Shown: one piece after another, positions 14,459-28,805 of the stretch
Position numbering within the stretch: position 1 is the stretch's first letter
How the letters are laid out: each line of letters opens with the position of its first letter
NCBI GenBank assembly: GCA_002245135.1
Contig: NGBS01000871.1
Span: forward strand, 1 to 64,000
Reading direction: 5' to 3'
Source of the DNA: Proteromonas lacertae
Taxonomy: Eukaryota
Length of the DNA stretch: 64,000 nucleotides
Notes under the pieces: generated by a model
Databases searched by the model: none
Told to the model about the DNA's origin: nothing
The model's input: the letters and a program-made list of their open reading frames with translations, nothing else
Program-made: the position numbers and the translations under genes

Positions 14459-15623
14459 TTAATTATTAGTTTTTACTAAATTATGTGTGCTAGGATAAGT
14501 AGGCATAAAAGTAGTATCTTTCGGATAAGGTTTTTCTTTAAAATAAGGATGATCCAATGCTTGACGAGCTGTTAATCTCTTCATGGGATTATACAACAAT
14601 AAACCATTAATAAGATCTAATCCTTCTTCAGATAAATTTGGAAATTTATTCTTTACATTATTATAAGGAAATCTTGTTTCTAAATTCTTAAATCTACTTA
14701 CCAACGGCAAACTAGAATATTCAGGCCATATCATATCATTTGGACATCCTAAGATACTATATATCTTAAGCAATTGATCTGTCTCTGATTCACCAGGAAA
14801 TAGTGGCTTAAGTGAGAGTAGTTCACCGAATATACAACCCATTGCCCTATTATGTAGATATTTATATATACCATAGATCTACAGCTGAAGCATATTCTTC
14901 TTTTCCTAATAATATCTCTGGAGGTCTATACCTATACAGATTATGTTTCAATTTTCAAATAATACCATAAAGTTACTATCTTTTGAGTGTATAATCTTTC
15001 AGGAACGCCAAATATACGAGCCAAACCAAAATCTGCTAATTTTACTAAACCTGTATTGGTGTATCTAAGACAAATGAATATCACAATAATATATACAGAA
15101 TATTAGACATTTTAATATCTCTATGAATAATCCAGTGACTGTGCAAATAATCAAGAGCGCTTAAAAGTTGATACATTATACATTTTATTTCAGATATTGA
15201 AAACGGTGCTTTGAGCGTCCCAAGCAGTCTTGACAGGTCATGATCGCAGTATTCAAATACGAGATATACACTATGAGTGAAGAACTAATAAAAAAACCTA
15301 TCTCTTTTTGTACCAACTACTATTTCTTTCAGTAGTATGATATTCTGGTGGTGGCATTTTTTTAATACGCTGATCTCTCTTAAGGAGGTTATTGGGAATC
15401 CTTCCTATAAAAAATGAATAAAAAAGAGTTCATACATCAACTTCATTATAAAATTTTATTTGTTTCAAAGCACATATTTCATTTGTATTTTTATCTCGTG
15501 CTTTATACACGTTTCCGTATGTGCCAGATCCCAATAATGCCAACTTTTCATACTTTGAAACAGGATCACACTTACCAAAGTGTGTATTACCTTCAAAATA
15601 TAATAATTCCTATCAATACTCAT
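14459..15623 (-). CDS. Cyclin-dependent kinase, CDK10/CDK11-like, 6 exons; start codon out of frame by 1 nt
   Basis: [59 protein letters not shown] tail. Confidence 0.88.
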
Positions 15624-15815
15624 AAAAATAAGAAAAAAAGTGTAACAACCCGAAAATAGAAAAGATGCAATCCGACCAAAGCGCTCGATTTTGATTGGTT
15701 AAAAACAATCATCTTAATTCTTACTGGACGATTTAAAAATATCGGCTTGAGTTTCATTTGGCTTTTTCAATGTGTTTTTAAGTTTTTTCTTGTTTTCTTT
15801 CCTTAACTTTTTTAA

Positions 15816-17761
15816 ATGTCAACTGTTGATACTAATGGTATGTACAATAATAATGAAATCGATCCCAATGAAAAGTATGAATTAAAGAAGAACATATATC
15901 TAATATCGTTTACTGCAATCTATATTAATATATTTTTTATTACTTTATATTTTATTGTTATGATAAATCTAATTATTATGATTCTTATTCTAATAGTTCA
16001 GATATTCCTCCCCCATTACCTCCAAAACCGGAAGCAACAGCAAGTGCGTCTCCATTAGGCAATGCTCATCCACTTATGAAAGGTAAATATCATAGAGATG
16101 AAAAGATTGCAGAATGGAGTGGTTATTGGGGAATTGGTGAAGATTGCTTTAAAGCAGGAGAAATAGCTGAATTTAAATACACATGCAAAATAAAGAATTT
16201 TTGTCCAAATCCGTTACTAGAGAATTCTTATGATGCTCGTGAACCTTATGAAGGTAAATACAATGGTTATTTTAAATTAAAACAGACAGGCAAACAGGTG
16301 AGTGAAAACGGCGTACAACTGACATTTACCATAAAAGAAGATCCAGACAGTGCTGACAATAAAGGAGCAATAGTATATAATGTAGAAGGAACTGGTAAAA
16401 ATCACATTGGTTATTTTCAATTAGTTGGCGTTTATGACCCAGATAGTGGAGATATGGTATGTGATAAAGTATATTATCAAAAACCACCACAACCAAGAAG
16501 ACTAACTAGACCAAAGCCAAATCCTCAACCACTTCTAATATCGGATAATATAATGGAAGATCCTTTCGAATCTAGAAGAACTAGGAGAGTATATACATTC
16601 CTATATTTATATTAATATATAGAGAACAATGCCATTATATGTAAAAGATGCATTATTAAGTAATGATGATATAAGTATTACATCCATTGAACAATGTCGT
16701 CCTATCTTGGATGTATTATGTCAACACCATTATGCAAGTCCATTTATACTACCAGTAGATCCAGAAGCATTAGGTATTCCTGATTATTTCAATATTATTA
16801 AAAATCCAATGGATTTTTCTACAATCAGAAAGAAACTGGATGATAAGAAATACACTAATCCTGAGGAATTCGCTGAAGATGTACGACTCTGTATTTAGCA
16901 ATGCAAAGACATACAATGGCAAAGGAACAGATGTATATATAATGGCAGAACAAATTCAAGATGTATTTGAAGGTCAATATTCACGATTAATCCAAAAGCT
17001 AGAAAATATGGTTGAAAGAACATCTTTAAAATACGATGATTTTGATGATTACAGTGTCCATAGTAATGAAAGTAATAGAAAACGAAATAGAGGAAATAAT
17101 TCCTTGAATAATAATTACAGAGATGGTTCAACTACCAAGAGGAGGAGATATGAAGATCAAAGTGGTTGGTATACTCAAGTGGCAGTACAACCTCCATCTA
17201 CTACAGAGATTGAAGCAATGACAAAGGTCATACAGAAATTAGAGAAGAGAGTGAATGAGTTAGAAGATAAAGTGAGTGAAATGTATAATCAATTAAATCC
17301 AGTTGAAGATATAAGTCTAGTAGAATTAGTAAGTAGAATTGATAAATTGAAAGAGAAACCAAAGAATGAAGCGAAGAAGATAATTAAGGATGATCCTACT
17401 ATGTTTGGTAGTGATAAAGATATAGATGAAATTGACTTGGCAATTCTATCAACTGACACAATACATAAACTACAGAAATTAGTTCGTAAATATTCAAGAA
17501 AATCCAATGATAATTTAATGAATAAATCAACTCCAACACAAGCAAATACTACTACTACTACTACAGCTGCAACAGCAGGTACTACAACCTCTGGCATCTA
17601 ATAGTGTTAGAAAACAGAAAAATACTAAAAGAAATAATAATAATAATGTTCCATTAGATCAACCATCATATTTAGAAAGTGATAATAACAGAATTGATGA
17701 AGATGATGATGATAATAATGGTGGTAATGATGTTGGTGAATTCTTTGATCCTTATGAATAA
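15816..17761 (+). CDS. BET/GTE-like bromodomain protein with an uncharacterised N-terminal domain and an ET-like region; two +1 frameshifts (~16889, ~17593)
   Basis: PFILPVDPEALGIPDYFNIIKNPMDFSTI...DVRL(V)FSNAKTYN; ET-like EIDLAILSTDTIHKLQKLV; acidic tail to TAA 17759-17761. Confidence 0.82.
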
Positions 17762-17945
17762 TTATAAATAGTAATTATAACGTTAATAAATATTACATTA
17801 CATACATACACACAAATTTGTAGATTTATTAATTATTATTTTTTTTGTTTTTATTAATTTTTTAATCTTCATTTTATTTATTAATTTAAAACCCCAAAAA
17901 TTAAAAATATAACAATAATTTCATATTAAAAATAGATAGAATAAT

Positions 17946-20843
17946 TTATTTCTTTATCTTTAACTTCCTTCTACCCACACCAAAACCAGGAGTACCACTT
18001 GCTGTTGTACCAAATCCACCACTACTTGAAGTTGTACCCAATCCATTACTGCTATTTGCTGTTGAAAATGAAAAAGAAGGTTGTTGTTGTGCTTGTTGTG
18101 GAGTTCCAAATAATGGTTGATTATTGTTATTCATACTAGGACTTCCAAATGGATTAGCAAATGTTGTTGGTGTTGAAACAAATGCATTATCACCACCACC
18201 ATTTGCTGGTTTAGTAGGTGTAGAAAATATTGTTGTTGTTGTTGTATTAGCATTATTATTACTTGTAGTTTGACCAAATAGACTACTTGGTTGTTGTTGT
18301 GGTGGTTGATTGAAGAGTGAAGTAGTTGTAGTTGAAGCGGATAGTGTACTAAACAATTTATTATTATTGCTAGTCATATTTCCAAATAATGAACTTCCAC
18401 CTGTTGATGTTGATGGTGTAGCTGATGGTAAAGCTGAAGATGTTCCAAATAAAGAAGTTGGTGCAGTTGTTGCAGTTGTTGTTGTAGTTGCATTACTACT
18501 ATTGGCATTATTAGATATTGGATTACCAAATAACGATGATGATGATGATGTAGAAGCTGAATTGTTATTAACACTTACTGTAGTTCCAAATAATGGTGTA
18601 GTTGATGTTATTGATGATGTTGTAGTTGGTATTGATGATGATGATGTATTTGAATTGCCAAATAAAGATGAAGTTGTAGTTGGATTTGTTGTAGTTGAAG
18701 TACCAAATATTGATGTTGATGGATTTTGGGTTGTTGAGTTTGTTGTTGCACTTGAAGATCCAAATATTGATGGAGTTGTTGTTGTTGTTGTTGTTGTTGT
18801 TGAAGCTCCACCAAATAAAGAAGCATTTGGTTTTACTTCATTATTACTTGATGTTCCTCCAAATATGGATGTTGTAGTTGGTTTTGTTTCATTATTACTT
18901 GCTGTTCCTCCAAATAAGGATGTTGTTGCTGCAGCTGGTTTTGTCTCTGTTGTAGTAGTTGATGATGGTTTTATACCAAACAATGATGATGTATTATTAT
19001 TATTAGCTGTTGTTGTTGATGATGATGAAGTAGAACTACTAAATAAACTAGTAGTTGGCTTTGTATCAGCATTATTCGATGTTGTAGTAGAATTTCCAAA
19101 TAGTGATGATGTAGCAGGTTTATTCTCTTCACTATTATTACCAAACAATGAAAGTGTAGTTGTTGGTTTACTTTCATTATTATCATTACTTCTAATTCTT
19201 TTCTTTGATTGTCCTTCATCATTATTATCATTGTTATTACTTTTATCATCTTTCTTACTGAAACTTAATAATGGATTAGGTAATATTATAGGTGCAGTAT
19301 CTGTTTCCGTAGTGTTAGGTGAATTAAATGAAAATAATGATTTAGTTTTATTTCCATCATTACTTGAAGTAGGATTATTATTATTATTACCAATGTTAAA
19401 TAGTGGTAAAGCAGTATTCTTTGATGTATTATCTTCTTCTTCTTCTTCTTCTTCTTTCTTTTTATCATCTTTCTTACTACTTAAATTGGGTAATGTAATT
19501 GTATCTTCTGAAGATAGTAGAGGTGAAGATAATAGTAATTGTATTGAATTAGCTTGCTTATCTTTATTATTATCTTTATTATTAAATGCAAATAACGAAC
19601 TACTACTATTTGTACTACTACTATTAGATGGTTTATGCTGTGGAGGAGGCATTATATTATCATTATCATTATCATCATTATCATTGTCATAATTATTCAT
19701 TATATTCTTCTCTAAGTTACTTAATAACTTCATATCTGGTTTACCCATTGAATTACTCATCAACATACATCTCCTTAGTGTATTAATATTTCTATCACTA
19801 TTGGAATACATCTTATTATTATAAATATGTCTATTATGCATCAAATCAATTAAATTTCTCTCAAATATACTATTATTATTGAGTAATGATTTTATTGCTA
19901 GTCTTTCAATGTCTTTATCAGTAAATGGTAATTGGGATTGTTGTTGTTGTTGTTGCTGTGGTGGTTTATCATCATATTTTACACGAATAATTATCTCTTT
20001 GGGAATACTACTATCTTCTTTATCTTTTACTGTGATTGTATTTGGCTTTATTTTCCTTTTTTTATTCTTATGACGGTGATTGCGACTGTTTTTATTATTT
20101 CTATTACTTTCTTTATAATTTCTTCTAGAACTTTCTTCATTCTTTGCATATTCTATTTCATCATTATTGGCTGTAATATTATTCTCATTTTCTGAATCCT
20201 CCATTATGTCTTCTACGTTAGTTCGTTTTATCGGCAGTATTTCATTCTCACTTTCACTTGATATGTCATTATTGTCAATTCTTCTCTTTTTCTTTTCTTC
20301 TTCCTCATCTTCCTCATCACCACCTTGATAAAAGTTACTTACTTCCTCTCTCGATCTTTTTATTGCTTTATTATGATGGAATATTCTATTTTTTATCAAT
20401 GGAGCAGTTTCTTTGACAGACGAAGTATTTGAGTCTGAATGGATGGATATTACATCGTGTGAATGGTGTCTCTGCAAACGACGGTTTGATATATCCTCAT
20501 CTTCCTTACTAAATGGATTTCTTGTAGTTCTACTGTCGGCAGATGATGGTCTCTACATCAGAATAAAAACAATAAATCGATATTATACAGATAAAGGTCC
20601 ACGGTATTCAAATAAATTATATCTTGATTCGTCAGGCTTTGACTGTGAAGAGCTATTTTCTGTTGTTTTATTTTTATCATTATAATTATTTACAGAATTT
20701 TGATTATTACTGGTATTTGGCGAGATTGTATGCCAAGTAAGTTTTTGTTTACGCCTATTTTATGGTAAGTATATAGTATACTTATTCAATAGCCAGTTAG
20801 TTGCTGTTGCAACACCGGCACCTATGCAGAATGCACCAAACAT
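17946..20843 (-). CDS. FG-repeat nucleoporin, Nup1/Nup153/Nup136-like, 3 exons
   Basis: Many SLFG/SIFG/PLFG repeats in S/T/N-rich spacers; basic C-terminus FGVGRRKLKIKK; ATG 20843 joined by 27- and 36-nt introns. Confidence 0.8.
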
Positions 20844-20898
20844 TCAAATGCTTGTAAGTAATTTAATACACCCAATACAAATTAATACAGTATTTGTA

Positions 20899-23473
20899 AT
20901 GTCTGAATTTTCTTACACAGTTGACTTTATTTCTATCGGTTCTAATCGATTTAGCAATTGTGTAGACTGGTTGCAGTATTTGCCGTGTTTTTTAATTTCA
21001 TTAGATGCGATATTTATGAAAAGGGGTTATTGGCTTATGCAGCTGGTAAATACATAGCATTATATGACCCAAAAGTATAATTGCCATGATTATTTCTAGT
21101 CATGTAAAATTCTAAGAACATTAAATGGTTTTAAAGGTGAAGTTACTACATTGTCATGGTTTAAAACACACATGAACAATTCAGTAAAAATAAAAGAATG
21201 TTATTGCTTGTGTGGAGGTGATAGTGAAGGAGTAATTCAAATTTTCAACCTTATAGTATTTGTTCTACCATGTAATATTATTAATAGGATAATAAATGGG
21301 TAAATACACTTAGATATGAATCAAATAGTACTATTTGTTCAGTAGATTCAAATCAATTTGGATTTACAATAATAAATTCCCAGAAACAACTGTTTTTATA
21401 TTCTGTTGGTATTACAGCAACAACTGAACAACAAACACCTATATTCACAGCTGAATTATCATTGAAAACCAAAGTGAATTGCATTAAATCAATAAACGTA
21501 AATGAAAATGAGTGTTTGATGTTTATGGGATGTGTAGATTCAAATATTTATGTTTATAATTACAGAAAAGATAGTAATAAATTAGAATTATTGAATTTTC
21601 TAGAAGGTTCTGAAGATTGGATAAGATGTTTGTCAATCTGTCGAATTGATGATAATAATTACTATATATCGAGTGGTTCACAAGATAATAAGATTAGAAT
21701 ATATAAAATGAAAAGAATAGCAGAAACAAGTGAAGAGGAAGAAGAAGAAGACAGAGATACAAAAATTATCAATTGTGAAACGAACAAATTTTTAGTTAAT
21801 TTGGAATGTGTGTTATATGGTCATAATGACTGGATTACTGGTTTAGAATTAATATACAATCCAAACATAAGTGGAAAAAATTATCCAGTATTGTACTCCT
21901 GTTCAATGGACAAAACAATTCAAATTTGGCATCCAGAGACAGTAGAATCCAATACAAATACCAGTGTATGGAGTAATGAAGATATCTTAGGAAATAGTAA
22001 CAGCCATTCACTTGGTTATTATAATATAAAGATATTATATAAAGATGAAGATTTAGAGATAATAACAAGTGATTATAAAGGTCAATTTAATTATTATAAA
22101 CGAGAAAAAGATGAAGATATTTGTATATATATATATATATTATATAATAGATAGTTATATTTCTTTACCAATAATATCAGGTCATACGAATTGTGTTACT
22201 GATATTTCATACAGTAATGACTATTCATATTTTATAAGTTGTTCAAAAGATATGACAAGTAGATTATTCAGTAAAGTAAATTTTAAAGATTATAATGATT
22301 GTTATTTTGAATTAGCACGTCCACAAATCCATGGTCATCCAATTAATACATTAACTACATTAAATGACTACAAATATGTAAGTGGAAGTGATGAAAAAAT
22401 GTTGAGATCATTTATTGCTCCACAAAGGTTTATAGAATTATATTCATTGGTCAAAGAGAGAGATATAAAAAGTGAAATCAATGATTATACAAATCGACCA
22501 ATAGCTGGTTATATTCCTGAATTAGGATTGAGTAACAAAGGATATATGAAAATGAATGAAGAAATTAAAGAATATAATGAAATAGGAGGTGTTAGTAGTA
22601 TTCCTCCAGTTCCTTCTCAATTAAATCATATTCCCTATGAACAGGACTTGAATTTAGGTACAATTTGGCCAGAAGATAATATCTTATATGGTCATAAGAA
22701 TAATATAATTTATACTACAAGTAATAGTGATAAATCATTAATTGCATCATCATGTACTGTATATATATATATAATTTGTTTATATTTATTTAATAGAGTC
22801 GAGATAGTGAAAGTGGTGTAATTATATTATGGAGTAGTAAAAGTAATCAAATATATCAGATATTGAGTGGTAATAGTGATTCTGTTATTCATGTATAATT
22901 ATAATATATAATCATTATTTTTTTTATAATATAGATTTCATTTTCTCATAATAACCAATATATTATAAGTGTTTCTAGAATCAGAGTAATTTGTTTATAC
23001 AAACTTAAAGAGGATTCTAAATATGAATTGGTTTATACCACTAACAAAATCCATCGCAGAGTTATTTGGAGTTGTGATTTTTCATATGATGATAAGTATG
23101 TAGTTATGTGCAGTAGAGATTTATCATTTTCAATCTGTGAAGTTAAAGAGAATAGTTTAATTGTATATTTATTTATATATATTTATATTCTATATAGTTG
23201 AAAAGTCAAATTTATAGAGAAACTCCTCTTACATCTGTTTCATTTTGTAGTAGAATGATAAATGATGAAAAATACTTGTTTAGTGTAGGATATGATGATG
23301 GAAAGATTGAATTTTGGAGTGGAAATGAAGATAAATATGAAATAGTAAGTACTATGGATAAAAATGATTGTTTTATTGATAAAATTAATAGTATGTCGTG
23401 GAAAAGTGATGGAAGTGAATTACTTGTTTGTTCAAATGATAATTCAATTAGATTATATAAAATTCGATTCTAA
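20899..23473 (+). CDS. ELP2: Elongator complex subunit 2 (WD40), multi-exon
   Basis: EGSEDWIRCL, SGSQDNKIRI, GHNDWI, SMDKT, ELARPQIHGH, SGSDEKMLRSF, LGLSNK, WPE..LYGH are characteristic of Elp2. Confidence 0.9.
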
Positions 23474-23583
23474 AATATATTCCACTTATTTGCTTTGCAT
23501 TTAGTTTTTGTTTTGAGTAAAAAATAAGTGTAACTGAAAGAAAGAAACGAATCTATATTTTGAAACATCAAACAAGCTTGAAA

Positions 23584-24210
23584 ATGTTTTGCTTAAAATC
23601 TTCTGTTGATGATGTCTTATCATCAATATTACATCCTAGATGCTAATGTATTTTGATTGATTTATATATTTAGATAAAAGAAAGAGTTGAAAAGAGTAAG
23701 TAATGAAGTAATTATAGGAATATAAATGAGATTTACTTCAGTTGGATTAAAATTGATTTAATTAGTACTATTGGAATGAATGGATTAAAAGCAATATGTT
23801 CAAAACTTAAATATAAATGATTGTCATATTTCCTTAATTAAAAATATAAATTATTAAGGTATTGATTTATCCAATAACAAAATCCATTGTAAAGAATTTA
23901 AAGAATTAATAATAAATATTTATTAAATTTCTTAAGTATTTATATTGGCTTTTATATTTCATAGATATTGGAATGAATGAAAGAATATTAACAGTTAAAG
24001 AAGCTTAATTTATCAGAAAATGAATAAAATGAAAGTGAATTAAGAGTAATGAAAGAAAATAAAGAAATGTTTTATTTGTTGGATTAATTTTCAATAACAG
24101 TGAAAGAAAAAGTTTTTAAAAAGATATTCATCAATTGGACTAATGAAAATTAATCAAATCTCAGATGAAGGTAAAAAAGGTTTATTGAAAGAATTATTGA
24201 ATTTTAAATA
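23584..24210 (+). pseudogene. Decayed leucine-rich-repeat gene
   Basis: Fragments IGMNGLKAICSKLKY, IDLSNNKIHCKEFKEL, QLKKLNLSENE*NESELRVM, NQISDEGKKGLLKE interrupted by stops and frameshifts. Confidence 0.55.
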
Positions 24211-24410
24211 TTATTTGTGTGTTTTCAAGCATGTTGCATAAGTTCCTCTTGAAATAAATTGCCTAAAAACGCTCTTATCTTAAAGGCTCCTTGCAAAGTG
24301 CTGGAGAGGATTGAAAGGAATTCATCGACTGATTATCTTTCAGTAAATAGTAAACTACTTACCAAATGTAGTTTAACACATGTTCATTTTTCATACCCCA
24401 CAATTATAAA

Positions 24411-27400
24411 ATGTTTAATTTATGCAAAAAGAAAGAAGTAAATCCGTATTTTAATCCATTTAATTGATTTAATAGGAGAATAGATGGGAATTATGATAAT
24501 TGTAACTTCATTTCAAAGTTGTGTTTCAATTTCGTAAAGCCTTTGTTAGTAGTTGGAAGTAAAAGACCTCTTGAATTTGATGATCTACCATTATTACCGT
24601 ATAATACAGTATGATAAAAATCTAGCAAAAATACTGATTGTAAGAATTTAAAGCTTCAGTTCAAAGATAGTTGGGAAAAAGAAATACACAAAAAGAAGCC
24701 ATCATTGATAAAAGCTTTGTGGAATGCTTATAAAAAGAGTTTTCTAATTGCTTTATTTTTAAAATTGATTCAAGACAGTTTACAATTTGCATCTCCAGTG
24801 CTATTAAATGAAATAATTAATTATATGAATGATAGCAAAGCTGATATCAGTACAGGATTGATAATCAGTTTTTTATTCTTCATAACAACTATAATTCGTA
24901 ATTTCTGTTTAACCAGTTATTTTTTCAATCAATATCGGTTTGGTATGTCATTAAGATCATCAGTAATAACAGCAGTATATGAGAAATCATTAAAACTGAG
25001 TAATAAATCAAGATCAAAATACTCAAGTGGTCAAATAAACAATTTGATGAATGTAGATAGTATGAAATTACAGACAATGGCTGAATTTGTACAAATGATT
25101 TGGAGTGCTCCATTTCAGATAATAGTAGCAATGATTTTGCTATGGTTTCAATTGAGTTGGGCAGCATTTGGTGGTGTTAGTGTATTGTTAATAATTATTC
25201 CATTTTCTTCACTATTGGCAAAGAAACTACAACATTATCAAGTATATATCCATTATTATTATTATTATTGTATTTATAGAGTTTAATAATGGAAGTGAAA
25301 GATGAAAGAATTAAAAAGATAAATGAAATGTTAAATGGAATAAAAATCATCAAATTACAAGTATGGGAGAATAATTTTATCAATTTAATCAGTAAATTAA
25401 GAAAGAGTGAATTAGGTCATTTATTTTATTATTGGATATGTGATAGTTTGACAGGTGGATTTTGGACATTTTCACCACTGTTGGTGTCAATATCATCATT
25501 TGGTTTGTATGTGTTATTAGGTAATCAATTAACAGTAGCTAAAGCATTTACTAGTTTAGCATTATTCAATTTAATCCAATTTCCAATGTTTTCATTTCCT
25601 CAAGTGATAAATGAAGTAGCTGAAGCATTGGTTTCAGTTAGAAGAATTCAAAAATTCTTAGAATGTGAAGAAATCATTCCAATAAGTGAATCAATCAACA
25701 ATTCTAAACCATCAATTCATATAAACAATGGAAGTTTGAATGGGAAAGAAGTGAAGAAAGTCTAGAAAAATCTCCAATAAGTCCATCTTCTCCAAGAGAA
25801 GCAATAGTATTACAAAATGTCAATTTCAAAGTAGAAAAAAGTGAAATAATTGCAATAGTTGGTTCAGTTGGAAGTGGTAAAAGTTCATTTTTACAAACAT
25901 TATTAGGAGATATAAAACTGATTGATGGAAGTATAAATTATAATGGAAAGATTGCTTATTCATCACAAACTCCATTTATTCAAAATGCTTCACTAAGAGA
26001 TAATATATTATTTGGAAAAGAGTTAAATGAATCAAAATATAAAGAAGTATTATACAATTGTGCTTTAATTCCAGATTTAGAAATCTTACCGAATGGTGAT
26101 TTAAGTGAAATAGGAGAGAAAGGAATCAATTTAAGTGGTGGTCAAAGAGCAAGAATCAGTTTAGCCAGAGCATTATACAGTGATAGTGATATTTATTTAT
26201 TAGATGATATATTAAGTGCAGTAGATGTTCATGTTGGTAAACACATATTCAAGAATGCGATAAAGAAAGGGTTGAATAATAAAATAGTATTATTAGTGAC
26301 AAATGCTGTTGAATATTTGAATGAAATTGATCGAACTGTTGTATTAAGTGAAAATCGAATAGTTGCTGAAGGAAAATATGAAGAATTAATGAGAGATTCT
26401 GTTTTGTTTAAATCATTTATTGATGAATTACATAAGAATTCTGAGAAGAAAGAAAAAGAAGATGATGATGATAATCCAATGTTACTAAGAGGTGAAAGTA
26501 GTAATAGTGAAATGTTATTAAAAATAAAAGATATAAATGAAATAGAAATAGCTAAAGAAACAAAGGATAATCAAAATGACTTAATAACAACAGAAGAAAA
26601 ACAAATAGGAAAAGTCAGTTGGAATGTTTATATAACGTATATGAAAGCCTGTTGTGGAAATTGGTTTCTTGTTTATAATAATTATTTTATTATATATCAT
26701 ATTCCAAGTTACTACATTTATTGGCAATTTTATACTTTCGGATTGGTCATCAGATGTAGAGAATGTAATACATAAACATAGTACATTGTATTATTTCATA
26801 ATATATTTGGTATTGCAAATAATTACAGGAATATTTTCATTAGCCAGTGTTTTTGCATTAGAATATAGATCATTATTTGGAGCAAGAGTATATTATATTA
26901 TTATATTATTATGAAATAGAAATTACATTCGCAATTATTAGAAAATATAATCTATTGTCCAATGTCCTTCTTTGATACAACTCCAATGGGAAGAATACTA
27001 AATCGTTTTAGTAGAGAAATAGATACAATTGACCAAACATTACCTTCAACATTTGATAGTTATTTTGAAGCTTTAGGACAAGTTGTATTAATAATAATCG
27101 TAATTATATATGCAACTCCTTGGTTTATATTAGTGATTATTCCTATTTATATAGCTTATTATTATACACAGAATTATTATTTGATGAGTTCAAGAGAGAT
27201 TAAGAGATTAGAATCAATAAGTAATTCTCCAATATATTCTTATTTTTCTGAGACTTTAACAGGAGTATCAACAATAAGAGCTTATAAACATCAATCTAGG
27301 TTTATCAAAGAGAATGAGAGAAGATTAAATAACAATCTAAGTGCTTATTTTGTTACATTTTCAGCGAATTGTTGGTTACAACTTCGATTAAAGATGATTG

Positions 27401-28380
27401 GTTCATTTATTCTATTATTTGCTTCTTTATTAGCTGTATTTAAACATGGAGATGCTGATTTTACGAAAATAGCTGCTTTATCATTATCCTATGCAATAAA
27501 AGTATTAGATTCGTTAGATTGGGTAGTTAGATTAGCAAGTACAATAGAAATGAATATAGTGTCAGTGGAAAGAGTGAATGAATATATAAATATAGAAAAA
27601 GAATGTAATGGTGATGAAAAATATGAAAAGATCGAAAATTGGCCAAATAAAGGTGAAATAGATATAAACAAATTAAAAATGAGATATAGATGTGAATTAG
27701 AACCAGTATTAAAGAATATAAGTTGTCATATAGAAGGTGAAGATAAGATAGGTATAGTTGGAAGAACAGGAAGTGGTAAAAGTTCCTTGTTATTAGCTTT
27801 ATTAAGAATAGTTGATTATGAAAAAGGTGAAATAAAGATTGACAATATAAATATCAAAGAAATCCCAATTCATTATTTGAGAGAAGAAATCTCCGTAATT
27901 CCTCAAGAACCAATCTTATTTAGTGGAACAATAAGAGATAATATAGATCCATTTCGAAAATATGATGATGTTGAAATATGGAATATTTTAGAAAGTTGTC
28001 ATATAAAAGAGTTAATTAATGAAATGGGTGGATTAGAAAGTGAAGTGTTAGAAAAAGGAAGTAATTTGAGTTTAGGTCAACAGCAATTATTATGTATAGC
28101 AAGAGCAATGATAAGAAAATGTAAGATAATAGTAATGGATGAAGCAACTTCTTCAATTGATATAAAAACCGATAGTTTAATCCAAGATACAATAACGAAT
28201 CATTTCAAAGATAGAACAGTATTAACAGTTGCTCATCGAATAAATACAATCTTAGAAAGTGATAAAGTGATGGTGATGGAGAGTGGTGAATTGAAAGAAT
28301 ATGATAATCCTAAAAAGTTGGAAGAGAATGTTGATAGTTTATATCATAAGTTAGTTGAACAATACAAGAAAACTCATTGA
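24411..28380 (+). CDS. ABCC/MRP-type full ABC transporter; four introns; frameshifts at ~25736 (-1) and ~26666 (+1)
   Basis: NBD1 GSVGSGKSS, EIGEKGINLSGGQRARI, LLDD; NBD2 GRTGSGKSS, LSLGQQQ, MDEAT; FFDTTPMGRILNRFS. Confidence 0.92.
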
Positions 28381-28530
28381 ATGAATTTTGATGAAAGTGT
28401 GAAATACTAATGATATTATTATTAATTATGATTATTATAATGTGTTTTGATTGTGTGTGTTAAAAAAGAAAAACCAACCGAAATGAAACGAATCTGAAGG
28501 AATGAAGTATATGATGAATATTATATGTTA

Positions 28531-28662
28531 ATAGAAAGATTAAAAGGTTATAAACCATTAAGATATTTATATATATCAGTAATTGAATTAAATGAAAGAG
28601 AAATTAGATTAATGAAAGAAAATGAAGAAATAATTGATTGTTTAGAAGAAAAATCAATAACA
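28531..28662 (+). repeat. Dispersed 132-nt LRR-derived repeat, copy A
   Basis: 121/132 identical (hand count, ungapped) to the reverse complement of 41608-41739. Confidence 0.85.
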
Positions 28663-28805
28663 GTGGAAGAATATTATTAGAGAGAATATCTTAAGAAGAA
28701 AATTAGCAATTATCAAAAGAATTATTGAATTTTCAATAATCATATTACCTAATTCATTCAAAAACTAGAAAAAACAAAATATATTAATTATTGTTTAAAA
28801 AATCT

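Noticed and set aside
18310..19692. 460-aa Val/Leu-rich ORF on the + strand
   Set aside because: Antisense shadow of the Thr/Asn/Ser-rich FG nucleoporin. The same applies to 54270-55130, 8139-8414 and other short antisense ORFs.
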